DNA of 55,734 bases, filler included, from Catajapyx aquilonaris (Eukaryota): the NCBI GenBank assembly GCA_000934665.2. It is 3 parts of 3 records of this genome, joined end to end, with 100 filler letters (N's around TTAATTAATTAA, not from the genome) between each part and the next. Parts side by side here need not be neighbours in the genome. Positions count along the whole stretch, not along the records: positions 18,589 to 37,007 come from JYFJ02006702.1; 2 more parts are not named here. One strand, given 5' to 3'. The notes under the pieces were generated by a model. The model was not told where the DNA came from. It saw only the letters and a program-made list of their open reading frames with translations, and searched no databases. This document shows positions 22,461 to 34,494 of this stretch, piece after piece (position 1 is the first letter of the stretch; each line of letters opens with the position of its first letter). The position numbers and the translations under genes are program-made.

Positions 22461-23156
22461 GGTAATTAGCCTCTCCAATCCCGCTCCGGACCCTCTCCAA
22501 TCCTGCGGGACCCCTCTCCAACAATCGGAAGGCGTCTAACGCGTCGCAACAATCAACCCGAAGCTCAACAAATAAAGGGAAACAATCCGAAGCGTTCCAT
22601 TGTCGGCGGCCATCTTGGATTTTTCTACTTTGCCCTGTTGCCAGATTTCCCTGATTCGGAACTCAGTTAAACCTAGTTAAACCTGTCAATTAATGTAATT
22701 GCACACGCTGCATAACACTAATTGCAATGGTGCACGTTATGTCAATTAACACTTTGCTTTATTAATGTAACAATAGACTAGAAATGTGGGTTGCGTCCGG
22801 ATTTTGGTGTGACGCGTTCTGTGGTTGTGTCCGAATAAGAAAGGTAAACAAAATAATCAACATGTCGCAATTAATTAATTTTTTTCTCACACATTATTAA
22901 GGCCACTAAAAAAATGACAGCATGATGCTCCCCAAAATTCTCTGTTTTATCTGCTTAACAGCTAATGTTAATGGAAATATATTTCAGGTACGCGAAAACT
23001 TAACCTCTTTGTCACATGTGGCTTTACCTGACCGAAGTAGGTTTCCCTTGCAATAAGTGAAAAAAATTGATGGCCCTTGTCAATAATAATTAATAATTTT
23101 CTGTGTCTCTCTTCCACAGATTTTATTTCCATATTGAGCGTGCCACTGGTTCGGCC
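22461..23156. promoter_or_regulatory. Bidirectional promoter and 5' UTRs between the F-box/LRR and Tudor genes
   Basis: Divergent ATGs 697 bp apart; YY1/Pho-like GCGGCCATCTT at ~22606-22616; AGTTAAACCT direct repeat; candidate UTR splice sites (donor 22844, acceptor 23119). Confidence 0.55.
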
Positions 23157-26100
23157 ATGCCAGACGGAGAGTGTCGTGTGACGTTTGTGAAGCGTGAGGA
23201 GGTCCCTTCGGCCGAAGTCCGAGCTTGGATTCAGACTAAAGTGGGCATTGCGCATAATATGCACCGTTCCCTGCAGATCGTTGGACCCAAACTCAGGGCG
23301 TCGTACGGTCTAGTCCCGCAGCCTGATACTGTCTACATCGTTCGATGCAGAGATCTTGTCTGGTACCGGTGCGTGGTCCTCCCTAAGGTACACTTGCATT
23401 GGGGGCAGGTACGGGTGAGGCTGATTGACGTTGGTACCGAAACTGATGTCCTTGTGGTTAACATGCGGCCGTGGAAGGCACAACCAGGACCGCTCTCATC
23501 TGAACACTTTATTGCTGATCTTTACCCTCCTGTTGGGGATATGTGGGTCGAGCCGCATTTCACAGCACTGCGAGATGCCCTAGAAGACTTCCATTTTTGC
23601 TACAAGGTTGTAGGGCAACGTAAGGGTGTGCCTGTGCTTCAACTCTTCAGCCTGGAAGAGGGGAGGCCGTTGAGCGAGGTTGCACAGCAGGCGGGGCTGT
23701 TCTCTGCGCCGCCACAGGACAACCGTGCTTACCAGTTCCTTGCCGTTGAGCCTGGGGAGTACCGGGCTCATGTGTCTGAAGCTGCTGAAGGACCCCACTT
23801 CTTCCATGTATGGATGGCCGGTTCAGAAGTGGCGATGGCTGCCATGGAAGCCAAACTAGCTGCTTTGAATCTTGATCCGCTGAGCCAAGTTCCTCAATTG
23901 GGTTCTCCGGTCTTGGCACGCTCAATCCAGGATAATTTGCTGTACCGAGCCAAAGTAATTTCTGCTCCTGATGCACCCACCACTGTACGGTAAGTGAAAT
24001 GCATCGACTGTTGCGATTGTGCTGTACATTTGTGTTTTTAATTGCAGATTTGTTGATTACGGCCACTCGGAGCAGGTCACTAGTCACCAGCTGGGCTCCT
24101 GTCCTGACGACTTCTTGGTGCCAGAGCCCCTTGCAATCCCCTGCAGCCTGTGGGGTGCCCATGGGATTGTGGCGGGTCATTTTGCGGAGATCACTGATGA
24201 CATGGTACTGAAAATATGCATTGTGCGGCGCACTGATGATGATGTTTATCATGTGTCGTTGTACCTCCCTGATGGACAAAGTGTATTGGACATTTTGAGG
24301 TCAGGTGGACATGTCGGCGACGTCGCAGCTGGCTACCCAGAGCATGAGCCACTGACGGCAGGGGACAGCGTGAGAGGCGTGTGCGTCCTCATTGAAGAAA
24401 ACCACATCTGGATGCTGCTGCTGCGGGACATGCATCATCTGGAGAGGCTCAGGCGGAGGGTCCAGCAGCACTGTGCCGCACCAGGAAACACCTTGAGCCC
24501 TAATCTGCTGTATCCTGGAACCGCATGTCTTGCTCGCTCCTCAAGTGACGGTGCCTGGTACCGCGCAGAGATTGTGTCGGACCCTTCCGCCAAGTCCGTA
24601 CAAGTCATGATGGTTGATTACGGATTCAAGGAAGAGGTATCCATTGCTGAAGTACTACCAAAAATGGATGATGATGATACTCCCAAAGCAGCCATACTGA
24701 TCGAGCTGGATGCCATTGGAACGATTCCAGACCAATGGGCTCCGGTGCTGATTGAGAAGAAGTTGGACATGAATGTGCTGGAAGTGTCAGACGGCAAATA
24801 TGTGTCAAATCTTATCCTGAAGGGGAATAAGTGCGTCAATGAGGCACTTGTCCTTGCAGAGTTTCAGAGCCGTCCAGTCCCCTTGGCGCCAGAGCTTCAA
24901 AGCACGGAGGAGATGTTTGTTGCCCATGTCGACATACCACCGTACATGCATGCCCAACCTGTCAGGTTTATGGCCACTGACTTACCAGCATTAGACAAAG
25001 CCGTGAATGAGATGTACAAAAAGCTAACAAAGCACCCACGATACCTGTATACACCGGATGCTGGTAAACATCGAGAGTCGCACATTGGGGAAGCATGTGT
25101 GGTTTTTGATTCTGCAAATGGAAGCTACTTTAGAGGGAAGGTAAGTCATCAATCCGCCAGATTCATTCAGTAATTGCATTGATGGTTTTTCTTCAGGTGT
25201 TAAGCGAATGCCTGTCAACCCGGAGTATCCGTGTCCGCCTGGTGGACTACGGACGTGTTTTGCAAGTAGGGCGTGAGATGGTGTTTTGCATGGAGGCTCG
25301 CTTCATGAGACAGAAGACGTTGGGTGTCCGCTGCAAGGTGAACAACCTCCCCCGCGGCATGTCCGAGTCGACCTTCAAGAGCGTTATGACCAATGCCACC
25401 ATGGCCTTCCAAGTGTTGGGGGCAGAAGAAGAGGGAGATGCTCAGGTAGTGAGCGTGACCATTCCAAACACCGACCACGGAAGGAAGGTGTTGGCCAATT
25501 TGCAACCAGCTGCCAATCCGGTTAGCATCTCGGGTTCCTCCTCCAGGCTTGCCAGTCGGACAGGCTCTCAACAAGCTGATAACAACAACCGGAAAGGAAG
25601 TTGCTTTCCGAGGCCAACAACCAGCTTTACTAGATGTCCAGTGGCCCCGGGTCATTCTAGGATTGTGTTCGTGAGTGGGTATGACTCCCCATCATCCTTC
25701 CACGTGCAGTTTGGTAGCACTACAGTAATTAATGACCTGATGGCAACCCTCCAAGCCACGTACGGGTCAATGGAGCCATCAGAAAACATTGAGAGTCAGC
25801 CTCCTGTGGGGACACCCGTGGTGGCCAAATTGAGAGACGATGGACTGTGGTACCGGGCGGTGATAACCAGGCAGGACGGATGCCAGGTAAGAGCCAGATG
25901 GTGGTTGATTTCAGTTTTTAAACGCGAGTCAAATGTGCTCAGGTCAAGTTTATCGACTTTGGCAACACATGCACCAACCCTATGGATGTGAAGAGAGTGG
26001 GTCCTGACTTTCTGAAGCTGCCCATGCAGGCCATAGCATGTAGGATGCGAGGCGTATTACCCAAGCAGGAGACAGGCTGGACGCAGCCTGATCTCAAGAG

Positions 26101-27569
26101 GGCAAACGCACTGCTTGACCCAAGCAAGGCTTGGAAGTAAGTTTCCCAATTATCCTGACGTATCAACTTGTTGATTTACCAATCAATGTGACACTAAGTT
26201 GCCCAGAGTTTTGTCCCCCCGTTTGCATCTGAATCAGGTGTGTATTTGTGGAGAAAGTTGAAGGAGTGTGGCTGGTGGACCTGCTGACCCCAATTGGAGG
26301 GAAGAGCCTAGCGAACACACTGGTTGAAGAAGGACTGGCCCAAGTGCATTCCTTCCCCGAACACAACCTGAGGAGTCTGATAGGGAAAGAACTGCAGGCC
26401 TTTGTCAGCCATGTTCAGGAAGAGGATGGGTCCTTCTTCATCCAGATTGACCAAGCTGCAATGGATAATCTCCAGGAAGCGCTTGCAGCCGTACAGGTGC
26501 GGTTATTCTCGTCGCTGTCGTTAGTCGTGATTGCACATTTTTCTAGCTGCAAAAGTGAAAGGAGACGTAATTTTTTTGATATTTTACGCATGATTGCAAG
26601 GGTGCCGTTGTTAGATGCAGTGTCTGAACCGATGGTCCGGCACAGTCAATTGCGGTCCGCCACAGTCAATGGTGGTCCGCCACAGTCAATGGTGGTCCGG
26701 CACAGTCAATGGCAGTCATGACCATCTCTTTTGTTTTTTCAGCCTGTGAAAACTGGTGGCAGCCTAATTCCTGGCAACATTGGCATCTGCTTGGTTGTGG
26801 GTATGTGGTCCAGGGTCAGGATCACTGAAGCCCCCAGTGGGAATAAGTCGGTCACAGTCATTTACGTTGATGACGGCGACTCTGCGGTGGTCAATAGGGA
26901 GCAAGTGGCTGCTGTGCCGTCCCAGTTGATGGATATTCCAGTCCAGGCCATTCGCTGCTGCCTGGAAGGTGGTCGCATTGACAAGGCGTCTGAAATGCTG
27001 TTGGAAAAATCCTTCACTGCTACCATTCTAGATGTGAAGGATGGCCACACAGCGATAGTTCGCCTGGTAGATGAAGCGGGAACCGTGGTGGGTGGAGGAA
27101 AGGAAGCTCTAGCTGAGGTCATACCCGAGTTCGAGGCTGTGAGTGGGACGTCAGCACAACAATGGACTGTGCACTTCGAGTTACCTGCGTCGTTCCACAT
27201 TCAGACCACATTTGACGAGGCTGAATGCCAGCAGTCTCTCAAGAGGAGCCAAGATGGAGAGTTGCTGGTGGCACCTGGGTTGCCCCTGAATTTGGCAGGC
27301 ACAGATGATGGGACTGATCCGCCACCAAAGACACCCAAGTTGATTGTGGGCATCAGGGAGGCCTCTTCAACCCTCTCCCTTGTCCTCGGAGACATAGTAA
27401 AGTAAGGAAGATCAGGAGAAAGACTGTAATGTATAAGGCTAATTACGTACTAAGTAACCATTGTGTGTTCAGACCTTCAGTCGATTCAAGCTTGGGAGAA
27501 TCGACTTGTTGCCTTTTGTCAGCACTCCATTGGGTCAAAAGTGCTAGAGGGTGGTACCTCTCTGTCTGA
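23157..27569 (+). CDS. Multi-Tudor-domain protein with six extended Tudor (Tudor-SN) domains, ~1274 aa
   Basis: Exons 23157-23989, 24048-25140, 25197-25886, 25943-26136, 26238-26496, 26743-27401, 27473-27569 (GT-AG, sum 3825 nt). Cores: WYRC..LIDVG, LYRA..FVDYG, WYRA..MVDYG, YFRG..LVDYG, WYRA..FIDFGN, WSRV..YVDDG. Last exon frame ambiguous (alternative stop 27699); AATAAA at 27698. Confidence 0.88.
26633..26712. repeat. 20-bp tandem repeat x4 in Tudor intron 5
   Basis: Unit TGGTCCG(C/G)CACAGTCAATGG. Confidence 0.9.
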
Positions 27570-27769
27570 AACTACTGATGAAGGTATTGCTGACAAGAAT
27601 GGGAACTCACCACCCTTGAGATTTTTTAAATATGAAAGTTCAAAGGTTTCTGAAACTTGTACGGACATGATTTCTGTTTTTATTTTTTTACATGTTTAAT
27701 AAAGGCAGTTGAAGCAAATTACTCCACATTTATCGTCCATTCCTGTTCTGCACTGTTACATACTCATTA

Positions 27770-28045
27770 CATGATGGAAATTTGGAGGGCGCTGCTGCGG
27801 CTTCCTGGAACTGATCCAGGGCCTCTGCGCTCATGTCCAGCTTCCGGCGAAATGGCGCACCAGGAGTGACTTTTGGCCCCAACACTTTGGAAATTAGATC
27901 ATTATCGTATGCTGACAGAGCTGGGCCTTCCTCCTAAGACAATTCAAATAATTAAAAGAGTCCATTATCGCCATTCCAATGTCCCCAACGCAACAACAAC
28001 CATCCAAGCACATGAAGATGAAAACTTGGTTGCCATGATTACCTG
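27770..28045 (-). pseudogene. Internally deleted remnant of an F-box/LRR paralogue
   Basis: 27804-27839 matches 21201-21236 at 33/36 nt (LDMSAEALDQFQ vs MDLSAEALEQFQ); LNCLRRK and VFIFMCLD echo N-terminal WLGLRKK and VFSYLD. Confidence 0.65.
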
Positions 28046-28200
28046 TAAGTCATAATTTCATATTGTCATTATAAATTTAGGCCAACTTTTTTGTAAATAG
28101 AACGCTTCTTGTTTTGAAGGAGAGGCCAGCGAGCAGCCGACTCCGAGTGTCCGGCTCTGAGTGGTCTGGCTCTGGAGTCCACATGCCCTGCAGCAGGGCC

Positions 28201-31094
28201 ATGGCAAGCATAAGCAAGGCGGATGCAAGCAAGAAGCCGATTGACCATGAGAAACGGAAGCAAATCAGTGTTCGAGGGATCGCTCAGGTGGAGAATGTGG
28301 TCAACGTCAAGAAGTCTTTCAATCGACATCTCCATTACACGCTAGTGAAAGACAGGAATGTTGCCACCCCCAGAGACTACTACTTTGCATTGGCCCACAC
28401 TGTCCGGGATCATCTGGTGTCTAGATGGCTCAGGACGCAGCAGAACTGGTACGACAAGGATCCTAAGGTATGCATTGCCGGGCTTCGTCATTCTCAGCAT
28501 GGGATTTACGGTGTCTTTGTCTTGCAGCGATGCTACTACCTGTCTCTAGAGTACTATATGGGACGCTCGCTGACCAACACGATGGTGAATATTGGCATTG
28601 ATAGTGCTTGTACTGAAGCCATGCACCAGTTGGGTCTTCACATTGAGGAGCTGGAGAGCATGGAGGAAGATGCTGGATTGGGCAATGGTGGTTTGGGCCG
28701 CTTGGCTGCCTGTTTTCTGGATTCCATGGCCACCCTTGGACTAGCAGCATATGGATATGGAATCAGATATGAGTATGGGATTTTTGCACAGCATATCAGA
28801 CACGGAGAGCAGGTTGAGGAGCCGGATGATTGGCTTCGGTTTGGGAACCCATGGGAGAAGGCCCGGCCGGAGGTCATGGTCCCAATCAACTTCTACGGGA
28901 ATGTGGAGGAATCTGATGGGAAGATGAAGTGGGTTAACACACAGACTGTCTTTGCTCTCCCATATGACAATCCCATCCCAGGGTACAGGAACAACGTGGT
29001 TAACACCCTTAGGCTCTGGTCTGCAAAGTCACCTGTTGATTTCAACCTCAAGTTCTGTAAGTGATGTTGTTTCATTATTGTGACAGCCCAATTGTCACAT
29101 TAATTTCCCCTTTTCAGTTAATGATGGTGACTATATCCAAGCTGTGCTTGATCGCAACTTGGCTGAGAACATCTCTCGTGTATTGTACCCCAATGACAAT
29201 TTCTTTGAGGGAAAGGAGCTGAGATTGAAACAAGAGTATTTCATGTGCGCAGCCACCCTTCACGACATCATTCGTCGCTATAAGGCTTCTGCCCCTGGGA
29301 CTGGGCACAAGGCACGCACCACCTTTGATGCCTTTCCAGACAAGGTTGCCATTCAGCTGAATGACACGCATCCGTCAATGGCCATCCCTGAATTGATGCG
29401 TTTACTGGTTGATGTTGAAGGGTTGGATTGGGGCAAGGCATGGGACATTACAAATCGAACTTGCGCATACACCAACCATACCATCCTTCCCGAGGCACTT
29501 GAACGCTGGCCCACCTCCATGCTGGAAAATATCCTTCCGCGTCACCTCCGAATCATCTACCAAATCAACCACGAGTTCTTGGAGAAGGTGCTGAAGAAGT
29601 GGCCTGATGACGTGGCCAGGATGCGGCGCATGTCTCTGGTGGAGGAGGAAGGGGAGAAGCGGGTCAACATGGCATTCCTGTCCATTGTTGGTTCGCATGC
29701 GGTCAATGGGGTCGCACGCATACACTCGGAAATCATCAAGACAGACCTCTTCAAGGACTTCCATGAGATGTTTCCAGAGCGCTTCCAGAACAAGACCAAC
29801 GGCATTACTCCGAGGCGGTGGTTGCTGCTTTGCAACCCTGCGCTGGCAGACGCAGTGGCAGAAAAGATAGGAGATACATGGACCGTGCATCTGGAGCAAC
29901 TTAAAGGGCTCGCAAAGTTTGCTGACGATCCAGGCTTTCAGCAAACTGTGGCAAAGGTATGGTCTTTTGAAATGGTGTAGCTTGTATTATAGCATCCATG
30001 TGTAAAAGACACAATGGGCACTGCAGTACTCTGGTTTTTGTTTGGCAGGTGAAGCAAGACAACAAGCGCAAACTGGCTGAGCTGCTGGAGCGTGACTTGG
30101 GAATAAAGATCAACCCTGCGTCATTGTTTGACGTGCACGTCAAACGTATTCATGAGTACAAGAGGCAGCTGCTCAACTGCCTTCACATCATCACCATGTA
30201 CAACCGGATCCGCAAGAACCCCAACGCCGCGTGTGTCCCACGTACCATTATGATTGGAGGGAAGGCAGCCCCGGGCTACCACATGGCCAAGAACATCATC
30301 AAGTTGATCTGTGCCGTTGCCCACATGATCAACAATGATCAGGTGGTTGGCGATAAGCTGAAGGTGATCTTCCTCGAGAACTACAGGGTCACCCTGGCTG
30401 AGAAGGTCATCCCGGCATCTGATCTCAGTGAACAGATATCCACTGCAGGGACTGAAGCCTCGGGGACTGGGAATATGAAGTTTATGGTGAGCAGTTTTTA
30501 GTTTAGTTTTTTACCCCCTACCACTCCATTTCTTGATTCCAATGATCCCAAAGTCTCGTTGATGGTCAACATTTGTCATTTTTCTCTTTCCTGCAGCTTA
30601 ACGGTGCACTGACCATTGGCACACTGGATGGGGCCAACATTGAGATGGCAGAGGAGATGGGTCGTGAGAACATATTCATCTTTGGCATGAAAGTGGATGA
30701 AGTGGAGGCTCTTAAGAGGGCTGGCTATAACGCGTATGATTACTACAATTCCAATCCAGAGCTGAAGGAGTGCGTAGACCAGATCCAGTCTGGCTTCTTC
30801 AGTCCCAACAACCCTGGTCAATTCGGAGGCATCACGGATGTCCTTCTGCACCATGACCGATTTTTGACGCTGGCCGACTACGACACCTACATTGCTGCCC
30901 AGGAGATGGTGAACCAGACCTACTTGGACCAGCAGAAGTGGCTCAAGATGGCGATCATGAATATCGCTTCATCCGGGAAGTTCTCCTCCGACAGGACCAT
31001 TTGCGAGTATGCAAGGGAGATCTGGGGGATGGAGCCCAGCTGGGAGAAGCTGCCTGACCCACATGATCAGGAGGAGAAAGAGGGTCAGAAGTAG
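28201..31094 (+). CDS. GlyP: Glycogen phosphorylase, ~856 aa
   Basis: Exons 28201-28467, 28528-29056, 29118-29956, 30049-30486, 30597-31094. Motifs KRKQISVRG (phospho-Ser), [39 protein letters not shown] (PLP lysine), [10 protein letters not shown]. Confidence 0.98.
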
Positions 31095-31364
31095 ACTTGA
31101 TGGGGACTGACGACGTTTCAGTTATATTTTGTGTTGAAACTGTGTGATTTGTCCATGCTCTTATTTGATTGCCAGAAAGGTTACATCTTCTTAATTGATA
31201 CTATACAAACAGTGTGAAATTCTGGATCGGTTAAGTTTTCACCTAAATTGAGAGGGGTGTCTTGTCGATTTGTGCTCTTATTTGCTTGTTAATGGTGTGA
31301 CTTTTACAAATAGTACAAAATATTGGGGATTAATGTTTCAGTCAAGTTTCCTTCAAAATTAGTC

Positions 31365-31759
31365 GTTGCGTACCTTTCCAAATCTGTTATATGGTTGCCT
31401 ATCTTTCCAAATCTGTTATATATGGTTGCCTATCTTTCCAGATCTGTTATATATGGTTGCCTATCTTTCCAAATCTGTTATATATGGTTGCCTATCTTTC
31501 CAGATCTGTTATATGGTTGCCTAACTCTCCAAATCTGTTATATGGTTGCCTATCTCCAAATCTGTTATATGGTTGCCTAACTTTCCAAATCTGTTATATA
31601 TGGTTGCCTATCTTTCCAGATCTGTTATATAGTTGCCTAACTCTCCAAATCTGTTATATGGTTGCCTAACTCTCCAAATCTGTTATATATGATTGCCTAA
31701 CTTTCCAAATCTGTTATATATGGTTGCCTATCTTTCCAGATCTGTTATATATGGTTGCC
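31365..31759. repeat. 29/31-bp minisatellite, ~13 copies
   Basis: Unit AATCTGTTATAT(AT)GGTTGCCTA(T/A)CT(T/C)TCCA. Confidence 0.95.
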
Positions 31760-32135
31760 ATTACACTTTTATTTGCTTCTCAGCATTCTTATTATTTTGA
31801 TGGACAATGCTGCTGTACCCAGATTTTTAAAAGTCGTTATTAATTCATCAGCATGTTCCAAGTAACAAATTATGAGCTTGAGATGCAAGTGGCTCACCTG
31901 GAAAAAAATAAATAAATTCCAATTTGATATAATATCTGCTTGGCAATATCTCTTCCATGATTGATTTTTGCTATGTTCCACAATTAATTTTCGTTGCAAG
32001 TTGTTCCTCATATGAAAAAGTGGAACTGAGTTTTTAAATATCTGTCCCCGGGTGTAGTGAAAACCTGGACTCAAAAGTTGCAATTTTTTTTGCACTTGAA
32101 GTGGCACTAAGAACAACTAAACAAGACAAATGAAG

Positions 32136-33693
32136 CTACATGGTGTCATCTATTCTGCTGTACTGTCGCAAAAGCTTGACCACATCGTCGTACAGCAAAG
32201 GGACGACGTTTCTGGCCACGGTGAAGTCAGAGTGAGAGAAAAGGGACCACTTGACCTGGAATGACCCGACCAGGTTGGGAAGCTGATCCGAAGCAATCTT
32301 CACGTCCTGTGCAACAATCAGAAATGTTTAAAAAGGGAATACACTCCAATCACAAGAAGAGACTGACCTTTGGATGTGCCAACCAATCGTTGCGTCCCCA
32401 AAACATGGCCACAGGAGCTGTTATGTTCCCCAGGTTGTACAGAGGCGGTGATGCAGAGTTGTACCGGCGGAGGTTCTCCTCAGGTCCGAAGTCGTACCGT
32501 CGAAACAAACCGCTCTCCTTCCACTGTATGTAATGCAGCCCAGTGCGAAAGGAATAACCAGACGGAATGTACCACAGAATTTCCTCCATTTTTTCCTGGT
32601 GAAGGAGTTCGACAGAGAATCATGTTACAATATAGTTGTCACCAATCAGATGTACTCTACTTGCCATGTCGACTTCATCCATGTCGAAACCAAGACCCAA
32701 GCCAGCCACAGATATGCAAAAAACGGTTGTGTAGCGGTTAAATAGGCAAAATGACTGCACTATGTTGTACACCTCAGGATACGGGTATCCACTGCTCAAA
32801 ATTCCTAAGCTCGTGAAAAAATTCTGGAGGAAAAGAAAGTATGCATCAGGTAATTAATGTGACTGTCCTTGATGCAACCTTGTGAACATGAGGACTTACC
32901 GCCAGTTCATTCATGAGTGAAAACGGTGGCAATAACTGGACCACAGGACCATTGGCGTGGACCAAAGCAGTGGCCGATCCCATCGTGATGCCAAGGAAGA
33001 CCTTCGAGTTGTACTCTGGTCTTCCAGCCAATGCCTCCAAGATCAAGGTTCCTCCCAAGGAATGTCCAACGTAGCCCACCTTCTGCTGACCAGTCCTGTC
33101 CAGTATGTAGTCCACCACAGCTGGTATGTCTACATTGGACAGCTCGTCCTGACCGTACTGCCAAAATTCGGGTTGCTGTGAGGTCATCTGCATGTGTCTT
33201 CTGGAGTGAGGTGTTCCTCTCTGGCTAAACAGCCAGAGGTCGAACCCAGCATCAGGCAGGATGTAACCTTTCGCATCAACAGGAGAAAATTGATGCACTA
33301 ATTATTAGTACTTTTAAAATTATGACTATTACCTAAGCTTCTTGAAGGTGGGCCTACCATGAAGGTCATCACCGAAGATCCCATTCCATGTGTTAAGATG
33401 ACTGGTGGTCTGGTGGTGTTGTTGGAGGGTGATGCACCGTGTGGTATGCGATGGAGCGACAGGATGTACCCATCGGGTGTTGTCACTTTGTGGTCTTCGC
33501 ATGGGTAGCCTTTGGCTCGTACATACCCGCACTTGTTGAAGTAAACAGCAATGAATCACATGTAACCGTTACAACCACCAGATGTTGTACTTACGATGTC
33601 GTTGCCTTCATATATGGGAAAATTAAACAGTCTTAAAGCCTCCGTACCAATTATGACCGTCGCCGCAATTAGGGCACACCGAAGGAGGACCAT
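32136..33693 (-). CDS. Acid lipase family (lipase 3 / gastric-lysosomal type), copy 1, ~407 aa
   Basis: Exons 33693-33595, 33531-33333, 33267-32900, 32823-32665, 32595-32368, 32306-32136. Signal peptide; HKVTTPDGYILSLHRIP; GHSLG; NDWLA; FSHSDF (Ser-Asp-His triad intact). Confidence 0.92.
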
Positions 33694-34494
33694 GGCTATA
33701 ATAATTGCAGTGAAAACGCAATTGGCAATGCGTAATGCTGCAGTACACTTTGACTATACGTGTGAATCACCGAAATGAGGAAGAACAACTAATTAAAATG
33801 TCCGCTTCGTACGTTCCACTACATCGGGTTTCTTCTCACGGCTGTTGCGCAATAATATTCAAGGGCAGCGGTCTACTAACAGAATTGCTATGTAAATGAC
33901 ATTCACAATATCCAAGGTAAATAATCAATGGATTGTGTATACACAAGAGTGTTGTAATATGTTCAAGGTCGCATTTAATGGGGTCATCATCACGTACTAC
34001 TAGGAAAAACAGAGGCAGGTTCGGATCAAGGTCCACGCTACACCTCATGAATATAAAATGATTAATCACATCAACACATGCGATGATAACTGGTTGCACA
34101 GGAATTTGAAGAAATAAATAAGTAATCGAATTTTATGCTGCCCTCATCAGATTATCTCACAACTGCACAACACCAGCCAGAAACTGAATGCAAACGAGGA
34201 AGTTGTACTCTCTTTTAAAGGCATCTTGCGCATGTTATGGAATGGGAAAAATAGTGTTAAAAATAATTCATTACATGAACTGAAAGTACGGCCTTCAACA
34301 TTAACATTTGAGCAGGTATAGCTTGTATGCAAAATGTCTGAAGTCAACTATTCTCCATTTACGGAGATTTCCTAGACTGTTGCACCGCCTGGTCCTTTGA
34401 TGTCCCTAGAATTGATAATAGAAGTTTGTTCGAATAATATGTGACACGCCTTGGAAAGAAATGCGTCATTTTATTTGGTACAAAATGAATGAAG

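Noticed and set aside
31323..31759. Regular ~30-bp repeats suggesting a CRISPR array or repetitive ORFs
   Set aside because: Units are directly adjacent with no unique spacers, no cas genes, eukaryotic context: a minisatellite.
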